Origin: Planctomycetota bacterium
GTDB lineage: Bacteria; Planctomycetota; SZUA-567; H5-PLA8
NCBI GenBank assembly: GCA_038227875.1
Contig: JBBRPR010000023.1
Location: 59,955 to 123,954 of the forward strand
Reading direction: 5' to 3'
DNA length: 64,000 nt
The first letter of the stretch is position 1, and every line of letters begins with the position of its first letter. The notes below the pieces were generated by a model. It was not told the DNA's origin. It ran no database searches and worked only from the letters and a program-made list of their open reading frames with translations. Shown here piece by piece: positions 8,751 to 17,733 of this stretch. Both the position numbers and the translations under genes were made by a program.

Positions 8751-11700
8751 ATGCGCATGCGTACGAGTGCCGTCGTTGCCATTTTTTTGAATTTTCTCCT
8801 TACGTTCTTTGGCGTCGCGGTGAACGCCGCCGAAGAAACTCCAAAAACCTACCCACAGTGGGACGGTAAGGAAACCGTGGCCGAGTATGCGGCAAAGAAT
8901 GGCTTGAAGCCCTCGGAAACACTCGACCTTGGCGACGGCGTGAAGCTGGAAATGCTGCTCATACCGCCGGGTTCGTTCACGATGGGCAGCCCGACGACGG
9001 AAGCCAAGCGGCCGGGCGACGATGAATTCGAAACGCCACACAAGGTCACGCTGACACAACCGTATTACCTCGCGAAGTACGAACTCACGCAGGCGCAATA
9101 TGAAAAAGTGATGGGCACTAATCCCAGTGTCAAGAAAGACGCAACAGTGCCCGTCAGCGATGTGACGTGGGACGACGCGGTCGCGTTCTGCAAGAAAGCA
9201 TCAGAACTGCAGAAACGCGAGATCCAATTGCCGAGTGAAGCGCAGTGGGAATACGCCTGCCGCGCAGGAACACAAACGGCTTTCTACACCGGAAACGACG
9301 ACGCGGCATTGGACAAGGCCGGTTGGTTTGGCGCCAACAGCGGTGGGCACATTCACGTTGGAGGTGAGAAGGAGCCCAATGCCTTCGGACTCTACGATAT
9401 GCTCGGCAACGTCCGGGAACTCTGCAACGACTTCTTCGCCGCTTACGACGCGAAAGACGCCTCCGATCCCACCGGTCCAGCCACCGCGGAAAAGCACATC
9501 TCGCGCGGCGGCGCGTATGCCGCGCAGATGATTTCGATCTGCCGCAGTGCCTCGCGCACGCCCGAGCCCCTGACGCGCAAAAACGCGATCATCGGAATTC
9601 GGCCCATGCTGAAACTCGCCGCGGCGGAGAGTCCGGCTGCTAAGCCTGCGAACATCGTCATGATTCGTTCCGCGCAGAGCGGCGCCTGGAGCGACCCGAA
9701 GACATGGGAAGGCGGGCAACTCCCTGCCCCGGGCAACTCCGTGCAGGTCCGCGAAGGTCATGACATTCTCTACGACCGAAATTCCGATCAGGCGCTGCGC
9801 TCAATCTTCGTCGCCGGCCGGCTCCACTTTGCGACTGACCGCGATACGCGGCTGGACGTCGGCATCATCACGATTCAGAACGGCAACGATACGACCGAGC
9901 ACGGCTTCGATTGCAAAGGCCCGTCGCCGGTGATCGACCCCCTCAAGCAGAAGGCGACGTTCGAAGTCGGCAGCGCGGAAACGCCTATTGATGCCGCGTA
10001 CCACGCGCTGATTCGGCTCGTCTTTTTCGAAGGCATGGACCCACAGTCGGCGCCCGCGATCGTCTGCTGCGGCGGGCGCATGGATTTCCACGGCGCGCCG
10101 CTGAATCGCACCTGGCTGAAGCTCGGTGAAGACGCGAAGAAAGGCAGCAGCGACGTGGTTCTTTCCGAGCCGGTCACAGGTTGGCGCGTCGGCGATCGCG
10201 TGATCGTCGTTGGCAACGTCCGACAGAACAAGATCGCGAAGACCTTCGTGAAAGCTCCCGGCGGCGTGCGCGACCGGACACAGACGGAAGAACGGATTCT
10301 CACTGCCGTCAATGGCGCGCAAATCACGCTCGACAAGCCACTCGATTACGATCACGCCGGCAGCGGCGATTTTCGTACCGAGGTGGCGAACTTGAGTCGC
10401 AATGTAATCGTGGAATCCGCCGATCCGGAAAAGGTCCGCGGCCACACCATGTACCACAAACATTCCGCCGGTTCGATCAGCTACGCGGAGTTCCGGCACC
10501 TGGGCAAGGAAGGCGTGCTCGGCCGGTACACGCTCCATTTTCATCTCGTGGGAGACACGATGCGGGGCAGCTCGGTCGTGGGCGCATCGATCTGGGACAG
10601 CGGCAACCGCTGGATTACCATTCACGGCACCAACTACCTCGTTGTGCGCGATTGCGTGGGCTACAACAGCATCGGCCACGGTTTCTTTCTCGAAGACGGC
10701 ACCGAACAGTACAACGTTCTCGACCGCAACCTGGCTGTGCAGGCCCGTCACGGCAAAATTCTGCCCGAACAGGTGCTGCCCTTTGATCACAACGACGGTG
10801 CGGGATTCTGGTGGGGCAACTGCCTCAACACCTTCACCCGCAACGTCGCCGCGGAGTGCGATGAATACGCCTACCGCTTCGACATGACCAGGAATGAGAC
10901 CTTCGATCCCGTGCTCACCGTCTCGATGCTCGACGGCACCGTCAAGGCCATCGACATCCGCACCCAACCGTACGTTCGCTTCGAAGAGAACGAAGCGCAT
11001 ACGCAACGCCGCCACGCATTCAATCTCGGCGGCTTCGGCAGCGAAGGAAACATCAACGGCCCCGATGCCGGAAAGCTGGGCGTCGGCGGCGTCGGCCCGG
11101 ACGCCAAACATCCCTTCGTGCTGAAGAATTGCCGCGCGTGGGATGTGCACTGGTCGCTGCACACGCTCAGTCCGCACGTCATCGTCGACAACTTCAGCGT
11201 CTCCAACGCCGAATACGGAATCTGGCGCACACCTACAGAGCATCACTACTATCACGGCATTAAATTCAGCGACGTCAAGGAAGCGAACTTCACCGGGACA
11301 GGGAATACGCGCGACGCCGGGCTGCCCGCCGATGCCGATCCCGCCACGTCGCCGCTGATTGACGACATGCCGCCGCAGACCATCGTGACGGCCATCAAGC
11401 GATTGGCTGAGAACAAGATCCACGTGCAAGGAACCTCTGCCGACAACGGCGTAATCAAGCAGGTTCTGGTCAACGGCCAGGCTGCGACGGCGGTGCGACC
11501 CAACTTCGCCGAATGGGAAATCACCTGCGACGCGCCGGCCGACAACTCGCTCACCGCCGCCGCAGAAGACGCCGCCGGAAACGTCGAGAAGCTCGCGCAT
11601 GTCTTGAAACTCGCGCCGCGAGCCGCATCAACGCTAGTTCCGGCGCCTGGCGCGTCAACCGCGCGCGAAGTGGATTGGAAAATGGAAGTTGGCTGTCAGC

Positions 11701-12197
11701 ATTGCCACTTCTCGGAAGAGACAGGCATCAAGACCTGCTTCCAGAACTGTGGCGCCGCCGGAAAGTACGAAGGCAAGGTCTATTTCCTGAAAGGTGCGAC
11801 GAGCAAGGAATTCGGGAAGGGTGGCATCTGGAGCGTAAAGGGCGTGCTGGCCGACGATGGCAAGACGATCAACGTGACGGAAATGAAATTCACCGCGGAG
11901 CCTGAAGCCGAGACCGCGAATGCCGCTCAAACCTCCGAACGCAAGGAGCCCGCGCAGGAATGGACCGGCGTGGTCTTTCATACCGGAAAGTACCTGCCAA
12001 GCCTGACGGTCGGTGCGGAGAAATTCGGCATGAAGCCCGCGAAGGACGCGACGTCGGCAGTGAAAGCCATGCTGACACAGATCGGCGGTGGCGAACTGGT
12101 CGGAAATTTCACGGTCGCGGGATCGACGTACAAGGACGACGTCCGTCAATGGATCGTGGTGGAGAAGATTGCGCCGGCAACGCCCGCAGCGAAGTGA
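8751..12197 (+). CDS. Secreted multidomain protein: FGE-sulfatase (SUMF1-like) + G8 + right-handed beta-helix + Ig-like + Cys-rich C-terminal domains
   Basis: Signal peptide; 'IPPGSFTMGS', 'LPSEAQWEYACRAGT', 'PNAFGLYDMLGNV'; 'SAQSGAWSDPKTW' (G8); 'LGKEGVLGRYTLHFH', 'GHGFFLEDGTE'; 'GCQHCHF'. Confidence 0.8.
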   Translation: MRMRTSAVVAIFLNFLLTFFGVAVNAAEETPKTYPQWDGKETVAEYAAKNGLKPSETLDLGDGVKLEMLLIPPGSFTMGSPTTEAKRPGDDEFETPHKVTLTQPYYLAKYELTQAQYEKVMGTNPSVKKDATVPVSDVTWDDAVAFCKKASELQKREIQLPSEAQWEYACRAGTQTAFYTGNDDAALDKAGWFGANSGGHIHVGGEKEPNAFGLYDMLGNVRELCNDFFAAYDAKDASDPTGPATAEKHISRGGAYAAQMISICRSASRTPEPLTRKNAIIGIRPMLKLAAAESPAAKPANIVMIRSAQSGAWSDPKTWEGGQLPAPGNSVQVREGHDILYDRNSDQALRSIFVAGRLHFATDRDTRLDVGIITIQNGNDTTEHGFDCKGPSPVIDPLKQKATFEVGSAETPIDAAYHALIRLVFFEGMDPQSAPAIVCCGGRMDFHGAPLNRTWLKLGEDAKKGSSDVVLSEPVTGWRVGDRVIVVGNVRQNKIAKTFVKAPGGVRDRTQTEERILTAVNGAQITLDKPLDYDHAGSGDFRTEVANLSRNVIVESADPEKVRGHTMYHKHSAGSISYAEFRHLGKEGVLGRYTLHFHLVGDTMRGSSVVGASIWDSGNRWITIHGTNYLVVRDCVGYNSIGHGFFLEDGTEQYNVLDRNLAVQARHGKILPEQVLPFDHNDGAGFWWGNCLNTFTRNVAAECDEYAYRFDMTRNETFDPVLTVSMLDGTVKAIDIRTQPYVRFEENEAHTQRRHAFNLGGFGSEGNINGPDAGKLGVGGVGPDAKHPFVLKNCRAWDVHWSLHTLSPHVIVDNFSVSNAEYGIWRTPTEHHYYHGIKFSDVKEANFTGTGNTRDAGLPADADPATSPLIDDMPPQTIVTAIKRLAENKIHVQGTSADNGVIKQVLVNGQAATAVRPNFAEWEITCDAPADNSLTAAAEDAAGNVEKLAHVLKLAPRAASTLVPAPGASTAREVDWKMEVGCQHCHFSEETGIKTCFQNCGAAGKYEGKVYFLKGATSKEFGKGGIWSVKGVLADDGKTINVTEMKFTAEPEAETANAAQTSERKEPAQEWTGVVFHTGKYLPSLTVGAEKFGMKPAKDATSAVKAMLTQIGGGELVGNFTVAGSTYKDDVRQWIVVEKIAPATPAAK

Positions 12198-12209
12198 GCA
12201 TAATTTCCA

Positions 12210-13205
12210 TCACTCCGCATTGCGAACCAGCATTCCCTTCTGAATCGCCACGTTCTCGCTGCTCACGAATCGGCCGTCTACGTAGCGCTCACACGTCTTG
12301 ACGATGGGCAGCAGTCCCGAGGCGAGTAGATCGATCCAGCAATCCCGAAGCGCCCAGTGAAAGTGCGTCATCGACTGCGTTTTGCCGCCGGCTTTGCAGA
12401 GCACTTCCCCTTGCGAGACGCGTTGTCCCGGACGAACTTTTACCGTCCGCCCCAAGACATGACTGATTTGGGAGAGTTCGCCGTTGCCGTGATCGATCAG
12501 GAAGCCGAGTTCGTCGTCGCGTCCTTCGCTCGCCAGCGTGCGAATCAGGGTGTCGAAGTCCGGATCTTCGCGCCGTCCTTTGCGGGTCAGGAAAACGCCA
12601 TCGGCCGGCGCGACAACGTCGAGCTCGTATTGAAAACTCAGCCGGTTATCCAATCCGAGCGGATTGCGCGTCTGTCCCGAACTTTGAAACGGATTGACCT
12701 CGCATTCCGTCCGCTCAAAATCCGGCGTCTGCTCCGCCTGGCCGCGCCGCGCGCGCAGCCGCATGATCTCGGCATCTTTCATGCCCACGGCACACCGCTG
12801 ATAATCCTCCGGCGCAATCACGACGAAATCGCATGCCCAGCGGAAGCACGGCTCGACGTAACAGTGCGTGTTTCGTACCCGCCCTTCCGCAGTTCGCAGG
12901 TTGCCGCCATCGATCGCCAGCCAGCATCCGGAAAACGGAAGAATGTATTCGTTGCGCCGGCGCTCTTCGGTTGCTTCCGAGAATCTCCCGATGAAGACTC
13001 CGTTTTCATTGCGTTTCAGCCGCTCGCCCAGCAGCGGCCAGAACTTCGCCGGATTCGCCAAGTCTTGAAGTTCACTCTCGCTGAAAAAATGGGGCGGCCC
13101 AGGCTCAACCGGACGCGCCAGACCATTTTCAACGGCGCGTTCCAGAATCGCGGGTGCGATGTCGATCTTCTTTGCCCCATCATGGAGCGAAAGAGGTCGA
13201 TTCAT
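12210..13205 (-). CDS. M23-family metallopeptidase with short N-terminal HTH-like region
   Basis: Start reassigned to ATG 13205 (MNRPLS). 'NTH...RWACDF', 'VVAPADG', 'LIDHGNGELSQISH', 'VRPGQRVSQGEVL', 'THFHW'. Confidence 0.7.
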   Translation of the reverse strand: MNRPLSLHDGAKKIDIAPAILERAVENGLARPVEPGPPHFFSESELQDLANPAKFWPLLGERLKRNENGVFIGRFSEATEERRRNEYILPFSGCWLAIDGGNLRTAEGRVRNTHCYVEPCFRWACDFVVIAPEDYQRCAVGMKDAEIMRLRARRGQAEQTPDFERTECEVNPFQSSGQTRNPLGLDNRLSFQYELDVVAPADGVFLTRKGRREDPDFDTLIRTLASEGRDDELGFLIDHGNGELSQISHVLGRTVKVRPGQRVSQGEVLCKAGGKTQSMTHFHWALRDCWIDLLASGLLPIVKTCERYVDGRFVSSENVAIQKGMLVRNAE

Positions 13206-13271
13206 CGGCGGTTTCCCCACTACCGTCCCTGACTCGCACTTCGAATGGACACGAGTATACTCACTTTTCAC

Positions 13272-14723
13272 ATGTCCACTCCAGCCACAGATCTCGAAGG
13301 CACTCTGCGCCGCGCGCGTACGGCCCAACTCGCCTGGGCGGCGTTGCCGCTCTCGGAGCGGCTGCGGCCGATCGCGAAATTCCGTGCGCGGCTGGCGGCA
13401 GAGCCGAAGGTTCTCGCCGAAGTCGTGGCCGAAGAGATTGGCAAGACGCGTTTCGAAGCCCTCGGCGCGGAAGTGCTGCCGCTGGCGGAAGCCTGCGCGT
13501 TCTTGATCAACCGCGCGCCGAAGCTGCTCGCGCCGCGCCGTGAATCGCTGCGCGGGACGATGCCGTTTTCCGGCGTGGGGTACGTGCATCATTTGCCCTG
13601 GGGCATCGTGGCTTCGCTGGTGCCGTGGAATTATCCGCTCTTCCTATGCGGCGGACCGGCGCTCAATGCGCTCGCGGCCGGCAATGCAATCGTGATGAAA
13701 CCCTCGCCGCGCGCGAAGAAAACCGTCGGCGCCTTCGCGGAATGGCTGCACGCGGCCGGCATCCCTGCGGACCTAGCGCCCGTGCTCGAATCCAGCGACG
13801 AGATGGGCCGTCAGCTCACCGCCTCACCGTTGATCGATCGCATCATCTTCACGGGAAGCTCCGCGACGGGACGTTCGGTGCTCACCGCCGCGGCGAAGAA
13901 TCTCGTCCCGGCCACCGTCGAACTCTCCGGCTTCGACGCGGTCTTCATTCTCGACGACGCCGACGTGAAACTCGCCGCCGCCGCCGTCTCGTTCGGTGTG
14001 CGCTTCAACGCAGGCCGCACCTGCGTCTGCCCGCGGCGCGTGTTTGTCGACAAGAAAGTCGCCGGCGAGTTTGTAACGCTAGTCAGCGAGCGCCTGACGA
14101 AGCGCCGTCTGCCCGAACCGATGGACCCGCAGACCCTGCGCGAAGCCGACGAACTCGCCGCGAAGCTCGACGCCGCGCCGAATACGCGCAGCCTCAACGG
14201 CCGCGCGCGCGGCGACGCGCACAAGGCACTGGCCGTGCTCGGCGGCCGCGAGGCACTTGCCGCCGCGCAGGGAAATTTTGTTCCGGCGCTGGTCGTGATG
14301 GAAGTGACCGACTCGGCCGAAGCCCTCTCGCTGGAACACGAATCGCCCTACGCGCTGGGCGCTTCGATCTTCACCCGTAGCGCGCACCGCGCCGATGCCA
14401 TCGCCACGCACTTGCGGTCGGGAATGGTCGCGGTAAACGAATGCATTACGCCCGCCGGCGAGGCCGCGCTGCCCTTCGGCGGCGCGAAGGAGAGCGGCTA
14501 CGGCGTGCGCTCGGGGATCGAAGGGTTGATGGAGATGACGCGACCGCAAGCCGTGGCCTTTGCGCGCGGCACCTTCCGCCCGCATCACGACGCCGGCCCG
14601 GAAGCAGAAGAGTTTTTGCTTGAGTTGTTGAAAGCGCGGCACAGCGGCTCGTTCTTCGGCCGCTTAAAAGGTTGGATCGGGTACGGCGTGCAGGGCGCAA
14701 AGTGGAAACCGCCGACGGATTGA
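13272..14723 (+). CDS. Aldehyde dehydrogenase family protein
   Basis: 'PWNYP', 'FTGSSATG', 'VELSGFDA' (catalytic Glu), 'NAGRTCVCP' (catalytic Cys), 'PFGGAKESGYG'. Alternative ATG at 13245. Confidence 0.9.
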   Translation: MSTPATDLEGTLRRARTAQLAWAALPLSERLRPIAKFRARLAAEPKVLAEVVAEEIGKTRFEALGAEVLPLAEACAFLINRAPKLLAPRRESLRGTMPFSGVGYVHHLPWGIVASLVPWNYPLFLCGGPALNALAAGNAIVMKPSPRAKKTVGAFAEWLHAAGIPADLAPVLESSDEMGRQLTASPLIDRIIFTGSSATGRSVLTAAAKNLVPATVELSGFDAVFILDDADVKLAAAAVSFGVRFNAGRTCVCPRRVFVDKKVAGEFVTLVSERLTKRRLPEPMDPQTLREADELAAKLDAAPNTRSLNGRARGDAHKALAVLGGREALAAAQGNFVPALVVMEVTDSAEALSLEHESPYALGASIFTRSAHRADAIATHLRSGMVAVNECITPAGEAALPFGGAKESGYGVRSGIEGLMEMTRPQAVAFARGTFRPHHDAGPEAEEFLLELLKARHSGSFFGRLKGWIGYGVQGAKWKPPTD

Positions 14724-14725
14724 TG

Positions 14726-14775
14726 AACTATGATTGATGAATGACTACAGCCGCCGCCGTTCATCATTCATAGTT
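14726..14775. repeat. 7-mer (TGATGAA) inverted-repeat hairpin
   Basis: 14726-14741 matches the reverse complement of 14760-14775 at 15/16, directly after the ALDH stop. Confidence 0.7.
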
Positions 14776-14817
14776 AAATCCGACTGTTGATACTGGCAAA
14801 GCAGAGAAATAAAAATC

Positions 14818-15975
14818 ATGCGCATCGCGTTCTTCTCCTGGGAATCTCTCGACTCGGTCCTCATCGGCGGCGTTGGCGTGCACGTCACGGAACTGTCGCG
14901 AGCGCTGGTTCGGATGGGGCATGAAGTCCATCTGTTCACGCGCCTTGGGGCGGGGCAGGTACATTACGAGAAAATCGAGGGCGTTTTCATCCACCGCTGC
15001 GGCTTCGATCACCACGACGATTTCACAATGGAAATGTGGAACATGTGCCGCGCGTTCGAGCACCATTTCTTCACCACGCGCGCGCTGGCGGGAGAATTCG
15101 ACGTCATCCACGCGCACGATTGGATGACCGCCGAGATGCTCTCGCTGATCAGCAACCACTGCCACGCGCGCCGCATCCTCACCATGCATTCCACCGAGTT
15201 CGGACGCTGCGGCAACAACATCTACGGCGGACGCAGCGAATCGGTGCGGCACAACGAGTGGCGCGGCATGTTTGTCGCCGAGCGCGTAATCTGCGTTTCG
15301 AAAGCGCTGCGCGACGAATGCTGCTGGCTGTACTCAACGCCTTCGGACAAGGCGTTTGTGGTCTACAACGGCGTAAATCCGAAGCAGTTCGATTTCGAAC
15401 TCGACGTCGGCGAACTGAAGCGTTCGATCGGCATCGCGCCCATGGAGCCCACGATCCTTTTCGCCGGCCGCATCGTCTACCAGAAGGGCGTCGACATTCT
15501 GCTCAACGCGATTCCGTATGTGCTCAACCACGTGCCCGAAGCGAAGTTCGTCTTCGCCGGCGACGGCGAGATGCGCTGGGATCTCGAGAACTCCGCGCGC
15601 AGCCGCGGGCTCGATCCGAGTCTGCGCTGGCTGGGCAAAGTCGATCCGGTGAAATTGCGCTCGCTGTTCAAAAGCTGCGACGCCGTCTGCGTGCCGAGCC
15701 GCAACGAACCGTTCGGCATCGTGATTCTCGAAGCCTGGGCCGCGGGTAAGCCGGTCGTCGCCACGAAAAACGGCGGACCTGGCGAATTCGTACAGCACGA
15801 CGTGACGGGCTGGTCGGTGAATGACACACCCGATTCGATCGCGTGGGGATTGGGTCAGGTGTTCGTCGATTTCGAACGCGCGCGACGATTCGGCGCCGCG
15901 GGCCGGAAGGACGTCGAAACGCGTTTTACGTGGGACAACATCGCGGAGCAGACACTGGCGGTCTACCGCAGTTAG
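14818..15975 (+). CDS. Glycosyltransferase family 4 (glycogen-synthase-like)
   Basis: 'GGVGVHV', 'HAHDW', 'AGRIVYQKG', 'PSRNEPFGIVILEAW'. Confidence 0.9.
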   Translation: MRIAFFSWESLDSVLIGGVGVHVTELSRALVRMGHEVHLFTRLGAGQVHYEKIEGVFIHRCGFDHHDDFTMEMWNMCRAFEHHFFTTRALAGEFDVIHAHDWMTAEMLSLISNHCHARRILTMHSTEFGRCGNNIYGGRSESVRHNEWRGMFVAERVICVSKALRDECCWLYSTPSDKAFVVYNGVNPKQFDFELDVGELKRSIGIAPMEPTILFAGRIVYQKGVDILLNAIPYVLNHVPEAKFVFAGDGEMRWDLENSARSRGLDPSLRWLGKVDPVKLRSLFKSCDAVCVPSRNEPFGIVILEAWAAGKPVVATKNGGPGEFVQHDVTGWSVNDTPDSIAWGLGQVFVDFERARRFGAAGRKDVETRFTWDNIAEQTLAVYRS

Positions 15976-15987
15976 CGTAAACGCCAA

Positions 15988-16013
15988 ACCCCCAGGCCCC
16001 GGGGCCTGGGGGT
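15988..16013. terminator. Perfect 26-bp GC palindrome between convergent genes (bidirectional terminator or REP-like)
   Basis: ACCCCCAGGCCCC|GGGGCCTGGGGGT. Confidence 0.6.
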
Positions 16014-16024
16014 CAAAAGCCGCC

Positions 16025-16627
16025 CTACACCGGCTCGTATTCGTGGCACCAGCACAGGTCGTCGGGGCTCAGTTTCTTTCCGGCGCTGACGCTCTTCGGA
16101 TGGCTCTTGATCCACATCTGTTCGAACTCTTCCTTCGTCTGGTAACCTTCCTTGCGGATGTCGTCTTCGGTGATGTCGCCGACGCGCAGTCGCGTCACGC
16201 GCACGAAGCGGAACGCTTTGCCCTTTACGCGGAAGACATCGCCTTCGTCGCCCCATTTGCGGAAGCGGCGGCTCATGTGTTTGCCACCTTTAAGAATCTG
16301 ATCGACGTGATGCGCCAGCACCATGAACGACGCGCCGAACTTGTCATCGAGGTCCGTGACCCGCTTCATCGCGTCCTGAGCGAAGACCGTGTCGAGCTGC
16401 GCTTCTTGAATCTCGCCGGCCAGCACCGACTTGCGGACACGCACCGCTTCGGCGAGATAGCGGTCGGCCAGCGGGCGCGAAATGCCCAGCGTAGACGTGA
16501 CATGCGTCGCGGCAGCGCGTTCCTGAGCCAGCGGATCCCCCGCGGGTTCGGCGGCGTTCAGTTCGACGAGCTTCTGGTAGCCGAGCTTGAAGCGCTCGAG
16601 TTTTTCGGCATGAAGTGTGGCGGACAT
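16025..16627 (-). CDS. ASCH-domain protein with N-terminal helical extension
   Basis: ATG 16627 preceded by AGGAG; C-terminal 'ILKGGKHMSRR...GDVF...VGDITEDDIRKEGYQTKEEF..W' is ASCH/PUA-like. Confidence 0.7.
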   Translation of the reverse strand: MSATLHAEKLERFKLGYQKLVELNAAEPAGDPLAQERAAATHVTSTLGISRPLADRYLAEAVRVRKSVLAGEIQEAQLDTVFAQDAMKRVTDLDDKFGASFMVLAHHVDQILKGGKHMSRRFRKWGDEGDVFRVKGKAFRFVRVTRLRVGDITEDDIRKEGYQTKEEFEQMWIKSHPKSVSAGKKLSPDDLCWCHEYEPV

Positions 16628-16799
16628 CGGATCGGTCTCCTGTGAATTTGTGGCGCCATCGTACCCGCGAGGCGGTGAGGGTAAAGGTAAGACGTGGCAA
16701 TCCATCCGCGCAATTTCCTCGCACGCGTAGCGCCATACGCTATTCTCTAGGCATCGGCGGTCGGTGCCGCACCTCAACACCTAACGGAGAAGATCACTA

Positions 16800-17705
16800 A
16801 TGAGTTTAGTTGTCGTGGGTTCCATCGGGATTGACAATGTGGAGACGCCCAGCGCGCGCAAGGACAATGTGCTCGGCGGATCGGCGGCGTACTTTGCTTA
16901 CGCGGCGAGTTTCTTTACGCGCGTGTCGCTGGTCGGCGTTGTGGGTCAGGATTTCCCGCCGGAATACCGCACGCTGCTCGCGGCCCGCGACATCGACCTG
17001 GCCGGGTTGGAAATCGCCGACGGCAAGACCTTCCGCTGGACCGGCAAGTACCACGAGAACATGAACGACCGCGACACGCTCGAAGTTCAGCTCAACGTCT
17101 TCGGCCAGTTCGATCCCAAGATTCCCACGGCCTACCAGAATCCCGAGTTCCTGTTTCTGGCCAACGGCGTTCCAGCGCTGCAGCGCAAAGTCCTCACGCA
17201 GATGAAGAAGCGCCCGAAGTTCGTCGCGGCCGACACCATGAATCTGTGGATCGAGACGGCCCGAGAGGATCTCGACGCGCTGTTGAAGGAACTCGACGCC
17301 ATTGTCATTAACGACAGCGAAGCGCGCCTCTACACCGACGAATACGAACTGCTCAAGGCCGGCCGCGCGATTGTGAAGAAGGGGCCGAAGACGGTCATCA
17401 TCAAGAAGGGTGAACACGGCGCGCTGGTGATCACGCCGCACGGCAACTTCACCACGCCGGCGTATCCGCTGGAAGCAGTCGTCGATCCGACCGGCGCAGG
17501 TGACACGTTTGCCGGCGGCATCATGGGGTATCTCGCCAGCGCGGGAGCGCTCAACCCCGACGCGCTGCGCCGCGCGATGGCCTACGGTTCGGTCGTCGCC
17601 AGCTTCACCTGTCAGGATTTTTCGCTCAATGCGCTCACGGGCATTACGCGCGCGAACATCGATGACCGCTACCGCGAACTGCTCGACATGGCGCGGATTC
17701 CGTAG
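16800..17705 (+). CDS. PfkB-family carbohydrate kinase
   Basis: 'GGSAAY', 'INDSEA', 'KKGEHG', 'DPTGAGDTFAGG'; GGAG RBS. Confidence 0.92.
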   Translation: MSLVVVGSIGIDNVETPSARKDNVLGGSAAYFAYAASFFTRVSLVGVVGQDFPPEYRTLLAARDIDLAGLEIADGKTFRWTGKYHENMNDRDTLEVQLNVFGQFDPKIPTAYQNPEFLFLANGVPALQRKVLTQMKKRPKFVAADTMNLWIETAREDLDALLKELDAIVINDSEARLYTDEYELLKAGRAIVKKGPKTVIIKKGEHGALVITPHGNFTTPAYPLEAVVDPTGAGDTFAGGIMGYLASAGALNPDALRRAMAYGSVVASFTCQDFSLNALTGITRANIDDRYRELLDMARIP

Positions 17706-17733
17706 CTGGGAAGTTCGACCGAAGAGGTGTGTC

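Noticed and set aside
8900..9620. FGE-sulfatase domain as a diversity-generating retroelement target
   Set aside because: No reverse transcriptase and no template/variable repeat pair seen in the window; the domain is N-terminal.
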